A program made the translations under genes and the position numbers. Below are positions 21,438 through 30,778 of a DNA stretch of 64,000 nucleotides, in pieces; position 1 is the stretch's first letter; the number at the start of each line of letters is the position of its first letter. The stretch is from Alphaproteobacteria bacterium (GTDB lineage Bacteria > Patescibacteriota > Minisyncoccia > Phycocordibacterales > JABAAK01). The DNA lies in the NCBI GenBank assembly GCA_030054135.1, contig JASGCN010000001.1, forward strand, positions 18,013 to 82,012, in the 5' to 3' direction. The notes under the pieces were generated by a model, which made no database searches, was not told the origin of the DNA, and saw only the letters and a list, made by a program, of their open reading frames with translations.

Positions 21438-21836
21438 ATGCAATATAAAGTGCCACAAAATCTTGATATTAAAGATACTGTCATTTTTGGCTTATCTTTT
21501 ATGCAAATGATATATCTTGGAGGAGCTATTGGCTTATTTATTCTTCTTGTTCTTTTTTTAGGATTTTTACCTGGGATTATTTTTAGTACACCTATAGCAA
21601 TACTTGCAGTTTTGTTTTCTTTTTATCAAATTAACAATCAAACATTTGTTACGATATTTCAAGCGATGCTTTTGTACGCATTTCGATCACGTCTATACAC
21701 ATGGCAAAGAAACAAAATTGACAACATTGAACCAAAAATATTTTTAGCGAAAAATGATTACGCCCCCGATGCTAAATATAAAACAAGTGTTCGTGTAGAA
21801 GATTTAAAAACATCTCTCGATTTTAATCCAGAATAA
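21438..21836 (+). CDS. small 2-TM membrane protein, VirB3/PrgI-like candidate
   Basis: 132 aa with two adjacent hydrophobic helices. Immediately precedes the VirB4 N-domain gene, as VirB3-like proteins do in monoderm T4SS loci. Confidence 0.45.
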   Translation: MQYKVPQNLDIKDTVIFGLSFMQMIYLGGAIGLFILLVLFLGFLPGIIFSTPIAILAVLFSFYQINNQTFVTIFQAMLLYAFRSRLYTWQRNKIDNIEPKIFLAKNDYAPDAKYKTSVRVEDLKTSLDFNPE

Positions 21837-21839
21837 TCT

Positions 21840-22472
21840 ATGCCGCAGTCCACACAATCGTTTATTCCAATTAAAGAAATTCGTGACGGTATCATAGTGC
21901 ATGATGATGGAAGTCTTTCTGCTATTGTTCTTGTCTCTGCTATGAACTTTGATTTAAAATCTGCAGATGAACAACAAGCGACCTTATATCAATTTCAATC
22001 TCTCATTAATTCACTTGAATCTTCTACTCAAATTATTGTGCAGTCTCGCAGAGTAGACCTGAAAGAGTACCTTACATACTTACAAGAATTGTATGAGAAA
22101 CAAACAAATGATTTACTTCGTCTGCAAACAAAAGAATATATTGTATTTATAAAAAAATTTTTAGAGACGCATGATATTATGTCTAAACGATTTTTTGTTG
22201 TATTGCAATACGTTCCTCTATCAATAAAACAGGGGTTTACATCTCTATTTACATCTACACCATCAAAAAATAATGATGCAAATGCAATAGAAAAATCTTT
22301 TGAAGAAGCAAAAACTCAACTGGTACAAAGAATATCATTCGTGCAAAGTAATGTTCGATCATTAGGGTTGCGCGCAGTAATGCTCGATACTGAAGAAGCA
22401 ATTGAAACTTTTTATCAAACTTTTAATCCGGGAGACACTCAATCGCCTAAACAAAAAATTTCTGCAGAATAG
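21840..22472 (+). CDS. virB4: VirB4/TraC/CagE-family protein, N-terminal domain (separate ORF)
   Basis: The ...IPIKEIRDGIIVHDDGSLSAIVLVSAMNFDLKSADEQQATLYQFQSLINSL pattern matches the N-terminal CagE/TrbE/VirB region of VirB4-like ATPases. It terminates at TAG 17 nt before the next ORF, which is in a different frame. Confidence 0.6.
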   Translation: MPQSTQSFIPIKEIRDGIIVHDDGSLSAIVLVSAMNFDLKSADEQQATLYQFQSLINSLESSTQIIVQSRRVDLKEYLTYLQELYEKQTNDLLRLQTKEYIVFIKKFLETHDIMSKRFFVVLQYVPLSIKQGFTSLFTSTPSKNNDANAIEKSFEEAKTQLVQRISFVQSNVRSLGLRAVMLDTEEAIETFYQTFNPGDTQSPKQKISAE

Positions 22473-22489
22473 CTCTATACTATAGATAT

Positions 22490-24244
22490 ATGCCAACATC
22501 TGCGTCGGACTACCAAACATTTTCAAGTGGAGGGAACATATCCATTAGAGATATTCTTGCCCCAATGTCTATTAAAATAAACACGAAACACATTGAGCTT
22601 GGGGATAAAGTTGCTCGTACACTTTCTATTGTGTCATACCCTCGTTTTCTTAATAATGGCTGGCTTTCGCCAATTATTAATCTAAGTAGAGAATTTGATT
22701 TATGTATTTTTATACACCCGATTGATTCGAGAGATATCTTACGCCAATTTAGAAAAAAAGTTGCTCAAGTAGAAAGTCAAATTATTGATAGAGAGCGTCA
22801 TGGGCTTGTACGAGATCCACAACTTGATGTTGCTTTTAAAGATATTGAAGAACTTCGTAATAGCATACAACAAGCAACTGAAAAAATATTTAATGTTGGT
22901 GTATACATCACCATATATGCAGATACCGTTGAAAATTTAAATAGAACAGAGCAGGATATCCGAGCAGTACTTGAAGGAAGACTTATTTTTGTAAAGCCAA
23001 CTCTCTTTCAACAAGAAAAAGGATTTCAATCAACTACACCGCTTGGAGTAGATTCTCTTGAGATACATACAAAATTAAACACTGAACCCCTATCTAGTTT
23101 TTTTCCTTTTATTTCTTTTGATCTTTCTTCAGATAAGGGGATCCTTTACGGCATTAACCGTCACAATGCTTCTCTAATTCTTTTTGATCGTTTTTCTTTG
23201 CCAAACTATAACTCTGTTACTTTTGCAACTTCTGGAGCAGGAAAATCATACGCTATGAAACTTGAAATTATTCGTTCTCTTATGTTTGGAACTGATGTTA
23301 TTGTAATAGATCCAGAAAATGAATTTCGAAAACTTGCCATTGCTACAGGGGGGAAAACTTTTGATGTTTCTCTTAGTTCTGAAAGTCATATTAATCCTTT
23401 TGATCTCCCTACGCTTACCGAAGATGAATCTCTTTCTGATGCATTAAGAAACAATGTTATAAATCTTGTAGGACTATTTCGAGTTCTTCTTGGTGGACTC
23501 ACAGCTGAAGAAGAGTCTATTATTGATAGAGCAATAAATGAAACCTATGCTCTTAAAGATGTCACACCAGATATTGAAACTTTTGAAGGCCTAGAACCAC
23601 CACTTCTTTCTGATTTTGCAGTAGTACTTGCAGGTATTGAAGGAGGGAAAAATATAACATCTCGATTAAGTCGATATGTTACTGGTTCATGGTCTGGTTT
23701 TATGAATCAGCCAACAAATATAGACATCAATAAACAATTTATTGTATTTTCAATTCGTGATATGGAAGCAGATTTAAAACCTGCGGGTATGTATATTATT
23801 ACTCGCTATATTTGGAATCATGTACGAAAAACACTAAAAAAGAGGCTTCTCGTCGTGGATGAAGCGTGGGTTATGATGCAATCTGAAGACACGGCCCAAT
23901 TTTTATATGGGCTTGTTAAACGAGGAAGAAAATACTATCTCGGTGTTGGAACCATTACACAAGATGTGGGAGATTTTCTTAAAAGTCAATATGGAAAAGC
24001 AATACTTACGAACTCATCTCTTGTGTTGCTTCTAAGACAGTCCCCCACCACCATTGATCTTGTAAAAGAAACATTCAATCTCACAGAAAATGAAAAATAT
24101 CTTTTACTTGAATCTGATGTGGGAGAAGGACTTTTTATTGCGGGGCTTAAACGGGTTGCAATAAAAATTATTAGTTCATACACAGAAAATCAAATTATCA
24201 CCACAGATCCAAGTCAACTTGTACAAAAAATAAATAATGCCTAA
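22490..24244 (+). CDS. virB4: VirB4/TraC/CagE-family conjugation/T4SS ATPase, central and C-terminal ATPase part
   Basis: Middle-domain pattern (LGDKVARTLSIVSYPRFLNNGWL), Walker A ATSGAGKS, Walker B LLVVDEAW. Together with the preceding ORF the length is ~795 aa, typical of VirB4. Confidence 0.8.
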   Translation: MPTSASDYQTFSSGGNISIRDILAPMSIKINTKHIELGDKVARTLSIVSYPRFLNNGWLSPIINLSREFDLCIFIHPIDSRDILRQFRKKVAQVESQIIDRERHGLVRDPQLDVAFKDIEELRNSIQQATEKIFNVGVYITIYADTVENLNRTEQDIRAVLEGRLIFVKPTLFQQEKGFQSTTPLGVDSLEIHTKLNTEPLSSFFPFISFDLSSDKGILYGINRHNASLILFDRFSLPNYNSVTFATSGAGKSYAMKLEIIRSLMFGTDVIVIDPENEFRKLAIATGGKTFDVSLSSESHINPFDLPTLTEDESLSDALRNNVINLVGLFRVLLGGLTAEEESIIDRAINETYALKDVTPDIETFEGLEPPLLSDFAVVLAGIEGGKNITSRLSRYVTGSWSGFMNQPTNIDINKQFIVFSIRDMEADLKPAGMYIITRYIWNHVRKTLKKRLLVVDEAWVMMQSEDTAQFLYGLVKRGRKYYLGVGTITQDVGDFLKSQYGKAILTNSSLVLLLRQSPTTIDLVKETFNLTENEKYLLLESDVGEGLFIAGLKRVAIKIISSYTENQIITTDPSQLVQKINNA

Positions 24245-24626
24245 GCCAGCCCAAAAAAAAGAAAGCGACGGTGGTTCTTTACTTGGAAAATATTTTGTTG
24301 GGTGTTTTTACATAGTGCATACTATTATTGGATCAATGATATCTTCCTTGCTCATGGCAGGAGGTGTAGCATTAATCACTGGTATATTGACTTTATTCAT
24401 TGGTATTCCAGTATTTATGCTAGGATATATTTTGCGGATTACCATGGCAGTAATTACTTTTTTTATATTTTTTACAATAATGATTGCAGACAATAGACTG
24501 AGTTTTAATTTGGTTATACGACTTATACTTGGATTTGTTATTGAGTTAGCGCCTACACCAATATTTCTGTCGTCATATACACATTTTTTTATTTCCTACG
24601 TATTTCTATCCAAAACAAAAAAATAA
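24237..24626 (+). CDS. small polytopic membrane protein (3-4 TM)
   Basis: 129 aa, almost entirely hydrophobic helices. Overlaps the virB4 stop by 8 nt, which suggests translational coupling. Confidence 0.45.
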   Translation: MPKPAQKKESDGGSLLGKYFVGCFYIVHTIIGSMISSLLMAGGVALITGILTLFIGIPVFMLGYILRITMAVITFFIFFTIMIADNRLSFNLVIRLILGFVIELAPTPIFLSSYTHFFISYVFLSKTKK

Positions 24627-24653
24627 TTCCTGCACGATGGCTATACTAGAGAT

Positions 24654-25814
24654 ATGCATATGTTTCTAAAAAATAGCCTGGGTGTACTTTTTATAATTTG
24701 CATATGTATATGGAGCGCGTATCATGTGCATGCACAAGTTCCTTCTGCATTTGCTGATGATCCTACACAAGCAACTGATGATTCGAATCGTCTTGATGAA
24801 TTAAAAAATATTGAAAATGGTGAAGGATTAAATGTGCAACAAGATTCAGATTCTTGTAATAGCGCTGACCCCTTATACAATGAATACTGTAGAACATTAA
24901 ACAATTTGGAAGATACTCACCCTGCATACACCTTAGAAACTGATCCTCCATTTCCAGAACCGAACACTTCGGCAAATGTGTCTATTAAAGCAGGGGCTAT
25001 GAGTGTTGATAATATTCAATCAGTTGAGTGGACAGTTCGTGGAAAAACATTTACCTCCCGTAGTACAAATACTGTTGTTTCTATAAATGATCTTGATGAT
25101 CAAACAACAGTCAAAGCACGGGTGTTCCATTATACTGATGCAGGATTAGTTGAATATAAAAAAATACTTACACTCACACTTACTCCCATGATATTTGATT
25201 TACATTGGGAAGGAAAAACTGTAGTGCCACCACTATATGAAGGAGTTAAATATATGGGGCCAAATACTGATGTTCAAGTACAGGCATACATTCGATTACT
25301 TCAAAATAATATTCTTTACACAGAAAAAGATTTTAATTTTCGATGGGAAAGAGAATCACTTCCTCATATTTCAAAAGGAGCAACTGCCATAGTCTCTGGA
25401 ACTGATTATACTTCATCTCCATTGCGCGTCGCCTGTTTTATAAAATTTAAATATGGAGACCTTTCTTTTGATAAGAGCATTCAAATACCGATTGTAAACC
25501 CATATTCAGTGATATATCAACAAGACAATCTTAATGGGAAAAACCACCTCACGCTACAAAAAAATTCAACTATTGCTAACAGATTCACTTTATTATCTTT
25601 TTATCCACTCTACACCAATGTGGATTCTTTTGTTCAAGGACTCAATACATACGAATGGGATATTGCTGGGAATAAAAAAAATCAAAAAAGAACTGTACGT
25701 ATAGAGAGTAGTGGCGAAGGAACTGTTGGGATAGGTATTTTTATGACACCCGGAAAAGAAAGTGATTTTCTTCAAAGTGTAGACCAGTCACTTTCATTAA
25801 ACTTTGTTCAATAA
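24654..25814 (+). CDS. secreted protein (386 aa) with signal peptide
   Basis: Signal peptide MHMFLKNSLGVLFIICICIWSAYHVHAQ. No recognisable motif. Confidence 0.5.
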   Translation: MHMFLKNSLGVLFIICICIWSAYHVHAQVPSAFADDPTQATDDSNRLDELKNIENGEGLNVQQDSDSCNSADPLYNEYCRTLNNLEDTHPAYTLETDPPFPEPNTSANVSIKAGAMSVDNIQSVEWTVRGKTFTSRSTNTVVSINDLDDQTTVKARVFHYTDAGLVEYKKILTLTLTPMIFDLHWEGKTVVPPLYEGVKYMGPNTDVQVQAYIRLLQNNILYTEKDFNFRWERESLPHISKGATAIVSGTDYTSSPLRVACFIKFKYGDLSFDKSIQIPIVNPYSVIYQQDNLNGKNHLTLQKNSTIANRFTLLSFYPLYTNVDSFVQGLNTYEWDIAGNKKNQKRTVRIESSGEGTVGIGIFMTPGKESDFLQSVDQSLSLNFVQ

Positions 25815-25846
25815 ATTCAATGTAGTCGTGTTACACTATCATTAAC

Positions 25847-28800
25847 ATGCCATTACAACAAATACTTCGAAGCGTATTAGTGTGCATATATTTATGTGTT
25901 TTTGTCATATTCATTTTTATTAATTATACTCATGCAGAAATTTCAACAACTGATCAATCAGGCTCCGAAAAAGATTTAATTTCAATAGGAGATGTTCCAG
26001 AAGAAAGATATTTCACAGAAATATTTAAAAATAAATTTAATCTAGATTTGCAAAAAGAAGGTTCTGATGAAATGAAAAAAAAAGACCAGTTTACTAAATT
26101 TAAAGATTTATTAGTTACATTTTTAAAAATAATTCTTGCCATATCTGCAGCCATAGTAACAATAAGAATAATGATTACTGGCATTAAAACGCTTAGTGCA
26201 GGGTACTCAGGAAATGTTGGGAATCTTGTTAACGCACTTTCTGAATTTAAAAAATCTATTTTTGCAGTATTTGTTCTTGCGATTTCTATTCCAGCAGTTG
26301 AATACATCCACGGAAAACTTGTTCCTCGAGATCTTTATTCTGGACAAATCGCCACCACAACCACCACCACGAGCGCTAAAAAGGCCTCGCCATCAACAGG
26401 AACACCAAATGGAAATTCTCAACCTACCTCTACAACTCCATTATCTAACAATAATGATTCTTCAAGCGCACCAACCTCTCCTCCTTCTGAAAAATCTCTT
26501 TCTATCCGTGCTCAATGGATGATTGAAGAAACTTCTGGTAAAAATGAGGAAGAGAAGGAAGCTATAAGAAAAGATTTTGTAGACGCAGTATCCAAGGCAA
26601 TAGAAAATTGCAAAACACTAAGTACAAATAATAATTGTACAATACTTACAAAGTATGCCGACGGCGATGCAAAAATTCCGATAGAAGAACAGAAACAATA
26701 CAAAGACGTTTTAACTAATGCTTATAACATATACATATTTAATAAAAGTCAAAATATAAAACCTAATGAAACTATTACAACGACTACATCTACCCGTGGT
26801 AGTCCTAAAGTACCAAATGTACAAACCAAAAGCATTACAAATCCAGCAGCAACAGAATTACAAAATATTGCCCTTAGTGATATTTCACTCAATCCTAGTA
26901 ATTCTCTTTCTGGGAAAACGGCTGGTTCCATTATTAACAATGCTTTAATTTCTGGAGTCGAACGATCAGAAATACAAAGATTAGAAGATTTATATAACAC
27001 GGCAGTTAAAGAATTAAACAGCGGAAAAGTTGAAACGATTGCACAAGAAAGGCGCGCTCTTTTTGAGAAAATTGCAAATATGAAGCCAACATATGAACAA
27101 CCGAAAACTGCTACGTCTGTAGATATACCAGGTATCCCATCCATTCTTCTTCAAAAAAATAATCCTCTACCACTCAAAATACCAGGTAGTATACAGATAC
27201 CCGACAGATTAGGTGCTGTACAAGATACTGCACGATCCTCTCAGTCCTCTAGTGTTTTTACTCAAGAAAAGGCTCCAACAATTAATGGCCAGACAAGTAT
27301 AAATATAGATAAAAAAGTTAACATCATAATGCCTTTGAATAATAACCCTAGTTCATTACCAATTCTTTCTACTCTTTCTACAAAAAATATATCCTCAAGT
27401 ACTCCTGAAACAATCAATGGGGAAAATACTTTAATTAGTCAAGTGGATATAAATAAATGGCAGACAGAACAAATAGCGACTGCAAGAGCAGAAATCGAAC
27501 AAGATAAAATAGTTGAAAAACAGAAAGTTCAAACTGCTGTTGCAAGAGCAGAAATAGCACTCGAAAAAGCAAATGAAGAGTACAAAAAAAATTCAACAAA
27601 TGAAAATAAAGCATTGGTACAAAACGCAAAAGAAGCTCTTGCTGAGGCTCGTGTACAAGCACAAGAATTTGGTATCCTTGAAGCAATTGATAGAAAAAAC
27701 GAGGGGTTTGGTTCTATTATTGAAATTCCCGATTACGGAGATTATTTCCCCAATGACAAAACAGTCAGAGATGCTTTTTTTGAAAAAGAAAGAGCACAAA
27801 TGAAAGCATTTGAAGAAGCATCAAATGCTCTAGAGGAAAAAAGAAAAATTGCAATTAAAAATGGGAATACAAAAATGGCGAATGATATTGTAAAAGAACA
27901 AAGAAAATTATTTAACGATTACAACACAAAATTAGAAACAATTGTGAATGACGCAAAAAATAAAGATGACATAATCGCTTTTTCATTAGCAAGAGAGGAA
28001 AAAGAAAAAAAAGAAACTCTTCAAACAAATTCAAATACATGGTTTGATTCAATAAAAGGTTTTTTTTCTCCAAAAAAAGATGAGCCTGCTCCATCTGCTC
28101 CAATTGTCCTTACAAAACAGAATATAACAAATACTCCCACCTCACAAGAATATGCGAATAATAAATCTGTAGCCACAACAAATGTATCAGCCGGGGTTAT
28201 TAAAAGAGAAACACCTAACAGCGCAACTCCTATAAATATAAATAGAGAAAATCTTTCAAATATTCAATCACTTCCACAAGTTAATTCACTCGCTTTGCCA
28301 ACACCAAAAGATATACCTAATTTAAAAGTGCATTCTGCGCCACCAGAGAAAAGATCTACACCACAAAACAATGAGAAAAAAGTACTCACACAAAATAACC
28401 CACAGGACTTTTCGCAATCAATACTATCACCACCTAACTCATTTTTTGGAAACATTGTCAATGTAACACAGAATTTAGGATGTAGTACAGGTATACAAAT
28501 ACTTTGTACTACAAATAATATAAACACTAAAACGGCCCCCACAACACAAAAAACACAAACGGAACCTATATCTATTACAGAAACAGATTTGAAAAATATA
28601 ACAACCCCCAACAATCAAAAGATATCTTTTACACAGCAAAATGTGAACTATGAGAAACAATATACACCTACACGAGCATTCGACACTATAAAAAACATAG
28701 GAAAAGAAATAGACAAAAAAAATATCACCAAAGAAGATAGAGCATACGTATTGGATATTTTAAAAAAAACGAAAGATCTTGACACAATACAAGCAAAAGA

Positions 28801-29908
28801 ATTTCCTAAAGAAGTTGGTATATTGCTTGGTAATATTCTAGATACAAACATACCAGTAGAATTACTCTCTAACAATTTTTTAACGGCCGTTGCTGACAGA
28901 GCACGCGAGTATTATAACCCTAAGGGCGTTCCCTCAGTAGGAGCTATGGTAGAGGATTTACTGCCGAGACTGTCTTTTAAACAAATTTATGATTTAGAGC
29001 AAAAAAGAATTTCAAATCCCAATTGGGTAAAAAATTCAGAAGCGTTAGCATACAGTGTTGGTGAGACTTACCGTAAAGCCAAAAAAGATGTTTTAGACGA
29101 AAATATTACCAGTGATGCTACTTTTTGGCCCGGGCAGAATGAAAGACTATCATTAAATTCAGACGATGAGAAAACATATCTAACCTTATATGCCAATGGT
29201 CAAAAAGATAAAGCATACGAATATAGAGATAATATTTTTAAAGAATTAAATTCATACATACTTGAAAATGGAGGTACTGATACATTAACAAAAGAACAAA
29301 AACAAATATTTAGCGCATATATACGCGAAGGTATTTCAGCTGCGGCACAAGAGACAAACAGCATAAAACAAGCCAAAGAAAACACAAAACAAGTCAATGA
29401 AAACAATACACGAGCAGTCAAAGACTTTTATCTAGAAAAAGCAAATGGGGAACGAATTTATTTTGATGGAAATGGAAAATATAATAATCGTTTAAATTAT
29501 TTTTCACAACAAATAGAATTTAAAAAAAATGAGAAAACTGGAAAAATAATATCAAATATTACCATAGATAACTTAACTCCTAAAGACAGAGAACAATATA
29601 CAGATGACATTGATTCTATAAAGAGAAACCGCAACAACTATGATCAAGTAGTAAATGTGCAATTGCGAACAGTGGAGTATAGATTAAAACCTGAATACCG
29701 TAAATATGAGAACATATCGACAGAGACTATTCAAGCAGAAAATAACATACGAGCTCAAGAATCAATTAAAAAATTAAATACTATTCTTTTGAAACATATT
29801 GAGAATGGAGTACTCAATAAAAATGGTGAAAAACTATATTCACTATACAAAAATGGCGAAGCTTCAATTGATGATCTAAATGAATATTCAGACGCTATTA
29901 AAAAATAA
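25847..29908 (+). CDS. giant (1353 aa) membrane-anchored surface protein with Ser/Thr/Pro-rich linker and coiled-coil-like Lys/Glu-rich regions
   Basis: N-terminal signal-like segment plus two further hydrophobic helices (LVTFLKIILAISAAIVTIRIMITGI; IFAVFVLAISIPAVEYI) in the first ~150 aa, which is pilin/VirB2-like topology. Then TTTTTTSAKKASPSTGTP low-complexity region and internal ARAEIEQ/ARAEIALE repeats. Confidence 0.55.
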   Translation: MPLQQILRSVLVCIYLCVFVIFIFINYTHAEISTTDQSGSEKDLISIGDVPEERYFTEIFKNKFNLDLQKEGSDEMKKKDQFTKFKDLLVTFLKIILAISAAIVTIRIMITGIKTLSAGYSGNVGNLVNALSEFKKSIFAVFVLAISIPAVEYIHGKLVPRDLYSGQIATTTTTTSAKKASPSTGTPNGNSQPTSTTPLSNNNDSSSAPTSPPSEKSLSIRAQWMIEETSGKNEEEKEAIRKDFVDAVSKAIENCKTLSTNNNCTILTKYADGDAKIPIEEQKQYKDVLTNAYNIYIFNKSQNIKPNETITTTTSTRGSPKVPNVQTKSITNPAATELQNIALSDISLNPSNSLSGKTAGSIINNALISGVERSEIQRLEDLYNTAVKELNSGKVETIAQERRALFEKIANMKPTYEQPKTATSVDIPGIPSILLQKNNPLPLKIPGSIQIPDRLGAVQDTARSSQSSSVFTQEKAPTINGQTSINIDKKVNIIMPLNNNPSSLPILSTLSTKNISSSTPETINGENTLISQVDINKWQTEQIATARAEIEQDKIVEKQKVQTAVARAEIALEKANEEYKKNSTNENKALVQNAKEALAEARVQAQEFGILEAIDRKNEGFGSIIEIPDYGDYFPNDKTVRDAFFEKERAQMKAFEEASNALEEKRKIAIKNGNTKMANDIVKEQRKLFNDYNTKLETIVNDAKNKDDIIAFSLAREEKEKKETLQTNSNTWFDSIKGFFSPKKDEPAPSAPIVLTKQNITNTPTSQEYANNKSVATTNVSAGVIKRETPNSATPININRENLSNIQSLPQVNSLALPTPKDIPNLKVHSAPPEKRSTPQNNEKKVLTQNNPQDFSQSILSPPNSFFGNIVNVTQNLGCSTGIQILCTTNNINTKTAPTTQKTQTEPISITETDLKNITTPNNQKISFTQQNVNYEKQYTPTRAFDTIKNIGKEIDKKNITKEDRAYVLDILKKTKDLDTIQAKEFPKEVGILLGNILDTNIPVELLSNNFLTAVADRAREYYNPKGVPSVGAMVEDLLPRLSFKQIYDLEQKRISNPNWVKNSEALAYSVGETYRKAKKDVLDENITSDATFWPGQNERLSLNSDDEKTYLTLYANGQKDKAYEYRDNIFKELNSYILENGGTDTLTKEQKQIFSAYIREGISAAAQETNSIKQAKENTKQVNENNTRAVKDFYLEKANGERIYFDGNGKYNNRLNYFSQQIEFKKNEKTGKIISNITIDNLTPKDREQYTDDIDSIKRNRNNYDQVVNVQLRTVEYRLKPEYRKYENISTETIQAENNIRAQESIKKLNTILLKHIENGVLNKNGEKLYSLYKNGEASIDDLNEYSDAIKK

Positions 29909-29917
29909 ATTAAAACA

Positions 29918-30769
29918 TCATCTATTCAAATTATTTCTTTCGTCCCATTGATTTTTCCCGTCTTTCAGTAATTGAATAACCTTTTCCCAGTATGTAGAAT
30001 AAAAAGTTGATAAGTATGTATAAGAAGAAGAGATAAGAAGAGATTGTTCTATTTTGAACTGAAACTGAAGAGGATCATGTAAAGAATTAGAGATATCTAT
30101 ATTGTACTCTTCTTTAATTTTTTTAGTAACGATATGTGTAATAAATATAGAAAATAATTTGAATTGTTCTTTAGAAAAATCGTTTGGAGATATCAGTGCA
30201 GGCATTGTTTGTACCAGATGTTGTTCTTCTGTAGATAGCGCAGTTTCACCTATTGCTTTTTTTGCAATTGCTACAAAATCTTCAATAGAATAACTTTTCT
30301 CTCCATTGGTATACATAGTAATTCCTTTTAACACATACGCACGATGCCAATAAAGAAAATTTAATTCTAATTCTTTTTCATATTTTTTTATACATTCTTT
30401 CGCTTCTTTGTGATATTGAAAATTATTTTTTTCATTACTAATATAAGACAAAACATATTCTATTCCAATAGAAAATATTAATTGTATATTTTTATTGTAT
30501 GTTTCGTTATTTTCCAAATGAAACATTTTTTGTAAAGCATTTAATTCTTCTAGATTTTGTTGCATAAGATATTTTTCTTTATACAAAAAATCATGTATTT
30601 CTTTGTATGTAGGAGGGATATACTCATTATCAATATCATTGTTTTTATTTGCTTGTGCATGTACTGCCATTCCTAACAATATTGGAAGTATAAATGTATT
30701 AATAAAAGCTGAAGAGGGACTTTTTTTTTCTTTATTCTTAGGATATTTCATATATGTACATAATAACAC
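29918..30769 (-). CDS. secreted hypothetical protein (283 aa)
   Basis: Signal peptide (ILPILLGMAVHAQA). Helical, repeat-like composition. Convergent with the giant gene. Confidence 0.45.
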   Translation of the reverse strand: MLLCTYMKYPKNKEKKSPSSAFINTFILPILLGMAVHAQANKNNDIDNEYIPPTYKEIHDFLYKEKYLMQQNLEELNALQKMFHLENNETYNKNIQLIFSIGIEYVLSYISNEKNNFQYHKEAKECIKKYEKELELNFLYWHRAYVLKGITMYTNGEKSYSIEDFVAIAKKAIGETALSTEEQHLVQTMPALISPNDFSKEQFKLFSIFITHIVTKKIKEEYNIDISNSLHDPLQFQFKIEQSLLISSSYTYLSTFYSTYWEKVIQLLKDGKNQWDERNNLNR

Positions 30770-30778
30770 GGTATACTA

